Source: Paraspadella gotoi
Lineage: Eukaryota > Animalia > Chaetognatha
NCBI GenBank assembly: GCA_051294375.1
Contig: JBJCIZ010000028.1
Location: forward strand, 1,239,576 to 1,303,575
Reading direction: 5' to 3'
DNA length: 64,000 nucleotides
Both the position numbers and the translations under genes were made by a program. The notes under the pieces are model-generated. The model ran no database searches. It was not told where the DNA came from and saw only the letters and a list, made by a program, of their open reading frames with translations. Positions 13,421-23,637 of the stretch are shown one piece after another; position 1 is the stretch's first letter, and each line of letters starts with the position of its first letter.

Positions 13421-13725
13421 CATCCGTTTTGAGCTCAATGAATCAAAAATCATCTGCAATGCAAATTCAACGTCGTAAAAATATATAATTCTATATATAT
13501 TTTGGCAGCGAAACAAAGGCAAAACAAAGTATATATTAAACAAGACAGCGAAACGCGTGTACAACAGCCGTAATAACAATAAAAAGCCAACAATCGCTTC
13601 AGAAAAGCCGAAGCGTTTAATTCATATAAAAAAAGAAGCCAATGTAAAAATAAACATTTTCGGAATCCACTTTGGTGGACTACCAAAAAATATAAAATCT
13701 CATGCGAGAGTAATAGTCCAAGCGA

Positions 13726-13757
<32 letters not shown>

Positions 13758-13871
13758 CGACTTTGGTTGTAAGTATAACTCAAAAGTAATATTTTCGCGA
13801 CAAATTTTAGATCTTTTCTCTGATGTGGAGATTTCTCGTTTTTCTCTTCCTCCTCCTCCTCCTCCTCCTCC

Positions 13872-16863
13872 TCATTTCCGCCAGGCAGTTGAGGATCCTC
13901 CAACGTCTCTGACGAGCATCTCCACTTTAGCGAAATACAGAAGATTCTCTCCGTCGAACCAGAAGGGATTTCGTTGAGTCAGACAGACGTGATAACAGGC
14001 GTTGAACCACCATCCCACACTGGAGAGGGAGCGGGTGTGGGATTGATTAATTGATTGATTGATGACTGACTGTCTCTTACTCTTCATGCAAACGTGATAG
14101 TACACGTATGAGAGAAGAATCCAGTCATAGGCAAATCGTAAATTCGAAACTCAGCTCGTCTCATTAGCTTACACAGCTAAATACTCACTATCCAACAGTG
14201 AGTTCCGGGATCAATCCCCTCACGGTCATGCTGGTTAAGTGTGATAGTACCGGTATAAGTGATATGGGGAGGTCACTGCAGGTCCAAAGCCCTGAGCGCC
14301 AGCAGTCGGGAAATACACAACACCCTGGGCAACAGACAAGTACACCCGTCATATCACTGTCATTATGTCCGATGGTGATTCTTCTTCCTGTCATGTCTGT
14401 CTGTCTGTCCTTCTGTTGCATCTAAACCTCTTTCTCGTCTGTCTTTCTGTCTAAGTGTCATTCTTTTTTCTTTGTTTTCTTTGCCGTGTGGTCGTGTCTT
14501 TGTCTCTTTCATCATTACTTCCTGCCTTTCTGTCCCGACCCAAATTCCTGAACCTCATTATCTTCCTCACTTGTTATAAGTATCGGCGCAGTTGGCAGAG
14601 GTGAGGTCGTTGTCACTGTCCCATGTGGAGAACTGTGACCCGTCCAACTTTCGCTCAGGAAATTGAGTCACGTCGTGAATTGGATCGAAGGTGGAGGCGC
14701 GACTGAACCCATCGAATGACTGGATGGGACCTGAGAGAGAAAGAGAGAGAGAGATGATTTAACCGAATGTGGGGAAGAGTACAGAATTTTTGCAGACTGG
14801 TTCACGGCAAAAGTTGATTTCGTGATTGATAAGATCGATAACGTATTTACAATTTTATTCGTTCGGTTCACAAAAAAGCTTTTAAAGAATCTCTTTAAAA
14901 GATAACACTAATAAACAATCAATTTTTTTTCTTCTATTTTGAAATAGGTTTATCTCTACTAAGAGCAAGTACAAACCTTTCTGAAAAAAAACTAAAAATT
15001 GAACCTTTTAAGAAAAGAAGGCGGAATGACGAAATGCAAATGAGAAAAAAGAGTTGTACCGATATGAATGGCGTAGTTGCCTTCTTCGTCGTCCAACTTA
15101 AAATCGTCATAAACAATCCATCCCGTTTGTCCCGAATATTTGCCTCCCGTTTCGTCTGATTTGTAGACCCCGCGGATCATGAGTTGGAAGCGACTGTCCT
15201 GAGAAGTACAATCATATCATTATAAAATATCTAATATTTATCATTTTATCTTTTTTTATAATTTTTTTTGGGGTTAATTTATTTAAATCTAATATTATTT
15301 AACAATTATTTGGATGGGGACTTAAGTGTTGTCTTCTGGAAATAGAGGGAGCATCTACACAACACAAGGTTAGATTACTTTCTGCTCTAGTTTTCTAATA
15401 GATATCGTACATCATTCCTGTTGGAAAATCATTAATGACAAAAATCAATATCTAAAAGGCCGAACAAAAAGGGGGGAACGGATAATTTTTAGGGTGGGAT
15501 TAAGGTTATAAATGATTATTTTTAGCTTGTAGAAGACGAAAATAGTAATAATAAAAGTGAAAAGAAGGTGAAGAATTGTGACGATGTAAGAGAAGTAGAA
15601 AAGAAGTGAGACGAGCTCTCTCCTGATCCACTTTTATCATCGCCCGGTGGTAAGTCGCCTCAAACTTTCTTTTTTATTATTGACTTGATGGGTTAACTCA
15701 CTTAGTTTTTAGATTGGCTTAAATGACTGGTTCTTATTTAAACTGCGGGCATCTTGCGCTAGATAGAGAGATAGAGAGATCTGCCAGCGATGTAGGAAAG
15801 ATAATAATGTAATCGTAAAAAGCTTTTTAGTTGCGCCGCGAGTACTCGCGGAGCAACTCTAAGTCATTTTTCGGTCGGCCGGTCGGTCGGTCCGTCTGTC
15901 GGTCTATCTGTCCCACTTATGTTAAAAACTTGCTTATAATTTGTTAAAAATCAAATATAAGCAACTACTGGCGCCGTCTTTTGTTTTTAAATAAATCTTA
16001 TAAACTATAAGGAATAAATGACATGATAAGTAAAAAGAAAAGTAATGCGGCGCAACACCTTGGAATAACCGTTCCTTGTTTATCGCTTAAAAGGTCAGTT
16101 AAATGGTTTTTTAAACGGACAGTTTAAAATATCATTATAAAATAAATCATAATAAAATAAATATATTTTAATTGACTTCATTCAATAACGTAATTTAGGC
16201 AACAAAAAAACAAAAAAACAAAAAAAAAACAAAACAAAACAAAAAATATGGATTCTCCAAAATGCAAATGAGATTATAAAACCGTATCTTATTTTCCCTC
16301 TCCCTCCCCAACTCACGGCGGCTGTGATCCGCCTCAAGGCTTCCAACCCGAGCCAGAACTCGGTCTCATCGCTGCCGTTGGCGCCGGCGCCGGCCCGGCC
16401 GAAGCCTTCGCGGTACTGAGCCCAATTCTTTGACTCGAAGAGGCCAGAGGATCCGAGGTTTCGGTGGACGATGATCCAACCCTGGTCGTCGCAAAGATGG
16501 AAGACTCGACCGCCGTGGGATGAGCTGGAAGGCGGGGAGAGGGAAGGAAAGCTTTTATTGTTTTTAACCTTTTTGCCTTTTTACTTTTTACTTTTTCTTT
16601 TCTTTTTTTTTATTATTACGCTTTTTTGTATTTGTTATCGTAATTTTTTTTTTGGGGGGGTTTGGGTCTCGGATTTATTTGTTTGCTGAATTGGTAAGTT
16701 TATTAGTCTATCACCCTTGTAAATTTAGATATAAAATTAATATTTATAAAGAGAAACCCGAGTCTTCAAGGCCGACACCTGTTGGAAGCCGTCACGGCCA
16801 TGTTGTTGCAGGCGAACTGAGCTCGTCTCTTTATTTCAGCCTCCCAAGAGGCGGAGGAAGGAA

Positions 16864-16894
<31 letters not shown>

Positions 16895-18368
16895 TCCGCC
16901 GCCGCCGCCCCTCCCTAAAAATAAGATAATCGCTCAGATTGCTGCTCACTCAAAGCACGTCGGGTTTCAAGCCTCTAATTTTCCATTGACATTGACAGGT
17001 TTTACACCAGACGGCAAGTGGGCCTTAGCCTCATAGCCAGCAATGGAACGGGTAATGGCTCATGGGCGAGGGCGAATTTAACAATTCCCGGTGCAAACCA
17101 GACCCTTAAAACCTCAACTTAAAAAGTAGAAGTAACCTCACATCGATTCCCTATCACAACGCAATATACGGACCAGTGGCTCCCCGAAGACAATCGCATC
17201 TCCTGTGAAGTCCATCGATCTCGTTGGTCAAATTCCAAATTTGTTGGTTCATTTCTTCCATCGTTTTCTCGAATTTTTTCTCGTATTTTTCTTTGATTTG
17301 ACGCGAGAGGAAAATCTCCGTTTTGGCTTCTAACTCGAGAAAATTCTCGTGGACGAGATACTCCAGTTCAGTCTGGAAGAAGAGGGTAAAAAGGTTAAGC
17401 TAACTTAAAATTATTTCGCATTTTGTGATTTACCATTTTTGTCAAAATTTTACTTTCGCCGACCGGGGTTTGGGGTGATTTAGAGTTAGGGGTGGTAAGG
17501 GTAATTGAGTAAAATTTTACCCGCATTTTTTTTTGCTCCAAAAATAAGGCCCGGGGAAGGATTTTTACATTTAAACGAAACCTTAAAATCCCCTGACAAA
17601 ATCCGAAAATTGATTTTTTCATCTAATTGGAACAATTAAGATATTAATTCTTCCATTTATCTGAACGTGAACAGGAAAACGTGAACGTGAGCGTGAAATG
17701 ATAAAAAAAAAGGATTTAAAAAAAAATATTTTCAAAACAAATCCCTTCTATTCTTTGCTGTAGCAAATGCCAAGAAAAAATCCTTATTTTTTGTTTTCCG
17801 TAAATTAATTTTTGTTAATTTAGGATGTATTATTTAATATTATTATTATTATTATTATTATTTAATATTTTGGATCGACCAGCGCCAATCTTACTTTGGT
17901 CCTCTTCATCCCCCTTTCATCTTTCTGAGCTGAAAAAAGGATTTAATATTTAATAATTTAATATTTAATATTTAAGATCGAGCAGCGCCAATCTTACTTT
18001 GGTCCTGTTCATCCCCCTTTCATCTTTCTGAGCTGAAAAAAGGATGAACAACAAGAATTTAATATTTAATTATTTAATATTTAATAATTTAATATTTAAT
18101 AATTTAATATTTAATAATTAAGATCGAGCAGCGCCAATCTTACTTTGGTCCTGTTCATCCCCCTTTCATCTTTCTGAGCTGAAAAAAGGATGAACAACAA
18201 GAATTTTCGGACGAGTTTGACCTTAAGAGCTTCGAGGTCGCCCCTGTCCACTGCCCCGTCCACGACCCGTCCGGAGGGGCTCCGCTTGACGACCCCGCGT
18301 TCCGCCTCGGTCGTCCACGCGGCCACAACGACGCAGAGAAGGACGAAGGGCGTCGACGACCCAAACAT
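13872..18368 (-). CDS. Secreted fibrinogen-related domain protein (signal peptide, coiled coil, FReD; angiopoietin-like layout)
   Basis: Signal peptide MFGSSTPFVLLCVVVAAWTTEA. Coiled-coil exon at ~17372-17175. FReD motifs GWIIVHR...NWAQYREGFG...EFWLGLEAL (~16525-16315), YDDFKLDDEEGNYAIHIG (~15197-15060), QFSTWDSDND...NCA (~14730-14570) and GWWFNACY (~14020-13872). Confidence 0.85.
14125..14360 (+). mobile_element. Degenerate tRNA-twister element (subfamily B) in a FReD-gene intron
   Basis: Similar to 46384-46641, but the ACACGC segment after TAA is deleted and L1 reads GATAG, so the ribozyme is probably dead. Confidence 0.75.
15826..16081 (+). mobile_element. DINE-1/HINE-like non-autonomous Helentron derivative
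   Basis: Sub-terminal inverted repeats GTTGCGCCGC / GCGGCGCAAC, a 5' internal palindrome (GTTGCGCCGCGAGTACTCGCGGAGCAAC), a GTCY-type microsatellite, a 3' hairpin GGAA-TAACCG-TTCC and T-runs on both flanks. Confidence 0.7.
17872..18208. repeat. Three ~70-85 bp direct copies separated by AT-rich spacers, each containing a splice acceptor, a 30-nt segment and a donor
   Basis: Minus strand TTTTTTCAGCTCAG|AAAGATGAAAGGGGGATGAASAGGACCAAA|GTAAGA occurs three times. Confidence 0.85.
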
Positions 18369-18783
18369 TTTTTCCCTTTTTTTAGTTTTACGTAATTTGA
18401 AAAGTAAATAAGGTAGAAAATCCGTTCATCATATTAAATAAGATTAATTTGAAGTTTGACTAAAAAAAGAAACGTAAGATTTATAGTTTAATGACAACGA
18501 GAAATAACGTAAAAACTAATTGTGATAACTTAAAGTTTCATTGTAATAATATTATCAAAAACAAGACTCGTCATGAGTAACAAATTCGGTTGACAAATAA
18601 ACGGAAATAATAATCAAATGCAAAAACAAACAAAACGTTTAAAAAAAAAAGAGACGTTAAGTTAAAGGAAGAAAGTAACGTCATGTGGAAATAACTAAAA
18701 GCAAATTTTGGTTCTGGATTGTTTTAAAAACAAAAGCAACTAATTTAGTTTAAAAAATGGAGAAGAAAAGAAAAATGTTTTTT

Positions 18784-20043
18784 TCAATTATTTTCAATTA
18801 TTGGACGCCTGAAAATATTAATCATATTTGCAATGTTTCCTCTGACGAACTTGCAGCCGCCGCAATAAAGGAAGCTTTCTTTAATTCGAATACTCTTTTC
18901 ATCAGGACGGCGGGAATGGCGGCCGTTGTTGCAGACAGGAGATTCCCCGTTAAAAACATTTGATGGCAAACAATGAGAGGAAATCAGAACGACTCTCGAA
19001 AACTGAACCAGATGACCGCGATTGGCCGCATTGGCAGTATTGGCCGCATTGGCAGTATTGGGAGTATCGGCCGTATTGGCCGCATTGGCAGTATTGGCCT
19101 CATTGGCAGTATTGGCCGCATTGGCAGTATCGGCCGTATTGGCAGTATCGGCCGTATTGGCCTCATTGGCCGTATTGGACTCACTGGCCTCATTGGCTGC
19201 GTTGGCAGTATTGGCAGTATTGGCCAAGTGGCATCGTGGTAAAATGAAAACATCTTTTTTCTGATCTTGCAGATTGACGAATGGAATTGAAATTTGCTTT
19301 TCCAACTCTTGAAAATGGGAAAGGTCATAAGGCGACCTGTTTCCTACAAAATCAATATCGTAGGCCAAATCCCCAAGATGTAAATCTTCCTCGTAAGTTG
19401 CGGGCGCCATTAAAATTGAAGAGGATTGCTTGATCCCATTTACAAGACTCAACGCTTCTGAAATGGAAGTGAAGCAGCCACCGCCACTGGGATTGACGTA
19501 GATGACGCTACGCGGATACTTACAGGCTTCAAATCCTGGCTGACGTTTGATGAAATCCTTGTAAATTGGATGCTTGATACGGTTCATTGACAACCATATG
19601 AATGTGTCAGTCGAGTTTTCCAAATCTATCTCCATGAGGGTACCGCTCATTCTGGTATATTTGTCCATGTAGTACTCCACTACTTCATCTGAAGTGTATT
19701 TAGTCGGTGATCTACTATAAAACGTGTTGATTATTTCGGAAGTTTGTGCATAATGTAGATAAAATTCTGCACAATCTGGACATTCTTCCGTGGATGACTT
19801 GGCGGAAAAAAGAGCGCTCATTAACATACGTTGAATAAATCCAGGATCCTTTATGGAACGGGCAGCGTGGAAGGCTTCTTGACCCTTCACACATGCGTTG
19901 GCCCAGCATTTAGCGACTTCTAGGGGCGGGGCGCCTTCTTTCTTCGCAGTTTCCGCCGCATCAATGTAAACTTCCATCGCTTTATCGTATTTCTTTTCGT
20001 CCGAATAATTTTGGGCTTCTTGCTTTAACTCCAAGTATCTCAT
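18784..20043 (-). CDS. Intronless 419-aa ORF: TPR-like N-terminus, start of a pectin-lyase-like beta-helix (VIYVNPSGGGCFTSISEAL) and an (A-N-T/A)n tract
   Basis: Long open frame. The N-terminal YSDEKKYDKAMEVYIDA is TPR-like and the GxGxFTSIxEAL motif precedes right-handed beta-helices. The C-terminus may be truncated. Confidence 0.55.
   Translation of the reverse strand: MRYLELKQEAQNYSDEKKYDKAMEVYIDAAETAKKEGAPPLEVAKCWANACVKGQEAFHAARSIKDPGFIQRMLMSALFSAKSSTEECPDCAEFYLHYAQTSEIINTFYSRSPTKYTSDEVVEYYMDKYTRMSGTLMEIDLENSTDTFIWLSMNRIKHPIYKDFIKRQPGFEACKYPRSVIYVNPSGGGCFTSISEALSLVNGIKQSSSILMAPATYEEDLHLGDLAYDIDFVGNRSPYDLSHFQELEKQISIPFVNLQDQKKDVFILPRCHLANTANTANAANEASESNTANEANTADTANTADTANAANTANEANTANAANTADTPNTANAANTANAANRGHLVQFSRVVLISSHCLPSNVFNGESPVCNNGRHSRRPDEKSIRIKESFLYCGGCKFVRGNIANMINIFRRPIIENN
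19012..19226. repeat. 9-bp tandem repeat (ATTGGCAGT/ATTGGCCGC variants) encoding (ANT/ANA/ANE)n
   Basis: Directly visible 9-nt periodicity. Confidence 0.95.
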
Positions 20044-20719
20044 TTTCGACGCTAATTTGTCTTGTGATGGCCAGGAATCTGTATCCTGGACATGAGAGAG
20101 TTGCCCGATTTAAAAATTTCTCATAAAAACTCGAAAATTTATTTGCTAATGACTTTTATAAGAAAAGAATGTTCCAGTAAATATACACATATAATAAATA
20201 AGGATCACCATTTGGTGATGGCTCGCCTATACCTGATATTGGGATTAAAGAGCCGAAATCCATGAAGGGTATAGGTTCCCAACTGATGACCTTCCCATTG
20301 TATAAACATAATAGATAAAAAATATTCAAAAAAGAAATAATTAAAAAATAGGATAAAGAAAAAATAAAATTTTCATTAAAGTATTTTAAAATTATTCATG
20401 AAATAAAGGTGCCCCTATAGACCTTTCCCCAGTTTGTATCCCTATCAGAACATACAATTCTACATGGTAGTCTTATCCCTATTGGTAAAAAAAAATCATA
20501 TATAACGTTGGTCCCCCTCAAAAAATTATCCATTCCCACCCCTTTCTGTTCAGCCTCTTAGATATTATGATTTTTCATTGATGACTTTCTAACAGAAATG
20601 ATGTGTGATATCTATTAGAAAACTAGGACAGATAGTAATCTAACCTTGTGTTGTATAGATGCTCCTCTATGGCAACAACCGGGTGCCTGTGATGCCCATT
20701 GGGATGGGGCATCTCACTG

Positions 20720-20799
20720 TTGGCTTTGGGGCTTCCGACCCTCAGTGACGCCTCCAGTCACTGGCGCGGTTACCCTAGGACGGTCTCGCTTTGCCAACG
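20720..20799 (-). ncRNA. Type-P5 twister ribozyme in the downstream LTR; predicted cleavage 20772^20771
   Basis: GTTGGC-AAA-GCGA-GACCG-TCCTAGGG-T^AA-CCGC-GC-CAGTGAC/GTCACTG-AGGG-TCGGAAGC-CCC-AAA-GCCAAC. Confidence 0.75.
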
Positions 20800-21203
20800 C
20801 AGAGGGAAGTCGTTAGGACTGTGGATGGAACACTACGCCTGGGATGGTGTGTTCCCCTCTGAGCAATGGATTTGCTGACAGATGGTGGACGTGAGGCGGT
20901 GTGAATATACCGCCACAGGATCCCGGGCCAAGACATCACTCAGGTTCCTCAAGCCTGAGAGGTGTCTGACAAGACTGTTACCATAGTGGGAGAGAGAGAG
21001 AGAGCGCGAGTTGTGGGGGCATAGGCGTTTGTCGTAGCGTACCCCAGGGGCATAGGCGTTTGTCGTAGCGTACCCAAAGTCGGCAGGGCATAGGGCGTTT
21101 GTCGTAGCATACCCTGAGAAGGTTGCGTGTTCGATAGTAGGGCTCACCACTTATGGCAACAGCCGGGTGCCTGTGATGCCCATTGGGATGGGGCATCTCA
21201 CTG

Positions 21204-21283
21204 TTGGCTTTGGGGGCTTCCGACCCTCAGTGACGCCTCCAGTCACTGGCGCGGTTACCCTAGGACGGTCTCGCTTTGCCAAC
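21204..21283 (-). ncRNA. Type-P5 twister ribozyme in the upstream LTR; predicted cleavage 21257^21256
   Basis: Same core as 20720-20799. Confidence 0.75.
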
Positions 21284-21611
21284 GCAGAGGGAAGTCATTA
21301 GGACTGTGGATGGAACACTACGCCTGGGATGGTGTGTTCCCCTCTGAGCCAATGGATTTGGCTGACGGATGGTGGACGTGAGGCGGTGTGAATATACCGC
21401 CACACTCCCTCTATTTCCAGAAGACAACACTGACTTCCCCTTCCCAAATTGAAATATTAGATAAATAAACATTTTTAAAAAAGAAAGCAATATATATTTG
21501 TTTAGATAATATAGATTAAATACTAGACATTATGTATATACTCTCTTTTCGTTGTTTTTTGAGGTATTAGGACAAAAACAGTTTTATTTGACAACGATTT
21601 AATTGACACAA

Positions 21612-21668
21612 TTTATTCAGACATGTTTCGGCTCTTTCACTTAGAGCCTTCATCAGTGCTTTTGACAA
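21612..21668 (-). ncRNA. Minimal type I hammerhead ribozyme
   Basis: CA-CTGATGA-AGGCTCT-AAGTGAA-AGAGCC-GAAA-CATGTC^TG, with a palindromic ACATGT stem III. Confidence 0.8.
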
Positions 21669-22530
21669 TCAATATTTAGTCTCTGTTAAAGTAAGTTTTG
21701 AGAGAGAGAGAGAGAGAGAGCCACCCCAACCGCACAATGATTCCCCTGTCCCCACTCAACGGGTCAGGCGGAGGCCTCTCAGCAGGCAATGGACGTCCGA
21801 TACCTTTCCTGAACCTGTAGCAACTTGGCGTGACTCTCCTCGCGCCGAGCGTCACCCAAAACGACGGCTACAGGAGGAGGGAGAGGAGTCTGTATCTCCT
21901 GTAGCAAAACAGGCCAGAACAGGCAACTGCCTGCCTCACCGTCAGGTGAGGAGGGCTGTCGGCAGGCTTATCAGGCCAAAGGGATATACGAGTAGCACTT
22001 GGCATTTTCCCAGGCGGATCTCTTCCGGATCCCAGCATGACAAACTCTACATATATACCCTCGCAACCTATGACAGGCCAATGACCCGACCTTATCGTCA
22101 ACGTCCTCCATTTGCCCGGCCGGGGGGGGGCTAGTTCATTTTTGAGCTCTTTCTTTTACTTACTTTCACTTTTCTTCACTTATCTATCCCTCACCACTTA
22201 TTTTCTATTTCAAATTTCACTTTATTCTACTAACTTATTTATTTCCGTTGTTAACATTTAATTTCAGTTTATATTTAGATTATTTAATGCACTTTATCTC
22301 TGTTGTACATTGCTAAATGTATTGTTTAAATTTTTGCTTTGCTCTCTCTCTCTCTCTTCTCTCACTCTTTTTCATTTTTCAAAGACTTACTTCTTCCCTC
22401 TCCTTACCTTCAGCTGTCCTCACACTCTGACCACTGTCCCTTACCTTATTCTTTGTTGGAAACTCTCCTTCAATTTTCTCTCTCTCTCTCTCCTCTCTCA
22501 AAACTTACTTTAACAGAGACTAAATATTGA

Positions 22531-22585
22531 TTGTCAAAAGCACTGATGAAGGCTCTAAGAAAGAGCCGAAACATGTCTGACTAAA
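22531..22585 (+). ncRNA. Minimal type I hammerhead ribozyme; predicted cleavage after C22577
   Basis: CA-CTGATGA-AGGCTCT-AAGAA-AGAGCC-GAAA-CATGTC^TGAC. Confidence 0.8.
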
Positions 22586-23248
22586 TTGTGTCAATTAAAT
22601 CGTTGTCAAATAAAACTGTTTTTGTCCTAATAGATAAATACTAAATCATTCATAAAATATAAAATAGAAAATAGTGAAACAAGTAATTTGCAAATTTTCA
22701 TATATTATTATTATTTATTAAATGAATGGATAATTTTTATATTGGTTGTACTTATTTTATAAACTAGTTACTAAACGTATTAATAAATTTTCATAGCATT
22801 AGAAATGAGGCAACCTCTCTCTCTTTTCGATATTCGTAAATAGATTCTCAGAAAAGAATCCTGACCGCTGCTCTGCCGCTGCTGTCGCCACCGACGCCCT
22901 AAAACCGCGTCAGTTTCAAAAGAGAAGAAAAGAGATTCCGTCAGTAAAATAAGATTGTGAACTCTGAAGATGTGAGTATCTTATTATAGGATTTAGGGCC
23001 TGAAAGAAAAATATATGTTTTATGAAATACATACTGAGCACTTACGTCTTAACTCCAGAGGAGAGAGATAGAGACCGGTGGGAAGTCGACTCAATACATT
23101 GCCCCTTTCCCGTTCGGTCGTGCTCGCTTCCTTATTATCCTCTTTGTTTTATATTTCTAAGAAAATTAGTGAAAATCACCTTAGCTTAAAAAGTTTTTTT
23201 AATATACTTGTAATTTAAAATAAAAAATACATTACGTAATACGTATAT

Positions 23249-23503
23249 TATGTCAACAGGCGGGTTGCCTGTGATGCCCATTGGGATGGGGCATCTCACT
23301 GTTGGCTTTGGGGGCTTCCGACCCTCAGTGACGCCTCCAGTCACTGGCGCGGTTACCCAAGGACGGTCTCGCTTTGCCAACGCAGAGGGAAGTCGTTAGG
23401 ACTGTGGATGGAACACAACGCCTGGGATGGTGTGTACCCCCTCTGAGCCAATGGATTTGGTTGTAGGATGGTGGACGTGAGGCGGTGTGAATATACCGCC
23501 ACA
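23249..23503 (-). mobile_element. Solo LTR-like tRNA-twister element (subfamily A); twister at 23381-23301
   Basis: TGTGGCG...GTTGACATA flanked by the ATAT/ATAT 4-bp TSD. A-box-like TGGCTCAGAGGGG and T-arm TGTG-TTCCATC-CACA. Twister cleavage predicted at 23355^23354. Confidence 0.85.
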
Positions 23504-23637
23504 ATATAAAATTATGATACACCTGCCAAGCTTCGCTTTATATTTACGACTTATGTATGTACGCACTCGAAAATCTTTTAAGGGTCTCTGATAAATTAAA
23601 TTTATTTAGCAAATAAGAACGAAAAAAATAAATATTG

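Larger units (their letters stand above)
20668..21404 (-). mobile_element. Two-LTR non-autonomous retroelement (TRIM/retrozyme-like) with a twister ribozyme in each LTR
   Basis: Near-identical direct repeats 21404-21152 and 20917-20668 (TGTGGC...GCCATA) flank a 234-bp non-coding interior. AG then TGGTGAGCCC (PBS-like) follows the upstream LTR. It interrupts a repeat whose intact copy is at ~15326-15500. Confidence 0.8.
21565..22632. mobile_element. Penelope-like (PLE-derived) element with ~140-bp inverted terminal repeats carrying hammerhead ribozymes
   Basis: 21565-21720 is the reverse complement of ~22490-22632. Each copy has a minimal type I hammerhead. No RT or GIY-YIG ORF is recognisable inside. 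Confidence 0.75.

Noticed and set aside
18960-19264. Plus-strand ORFs (WPHWQY)n, (IGS/IGR)n and (LAV)n
   Set aside because: These are alternative frames of a 9-bp minisatellite that lies within a longer minus-strand ORF.
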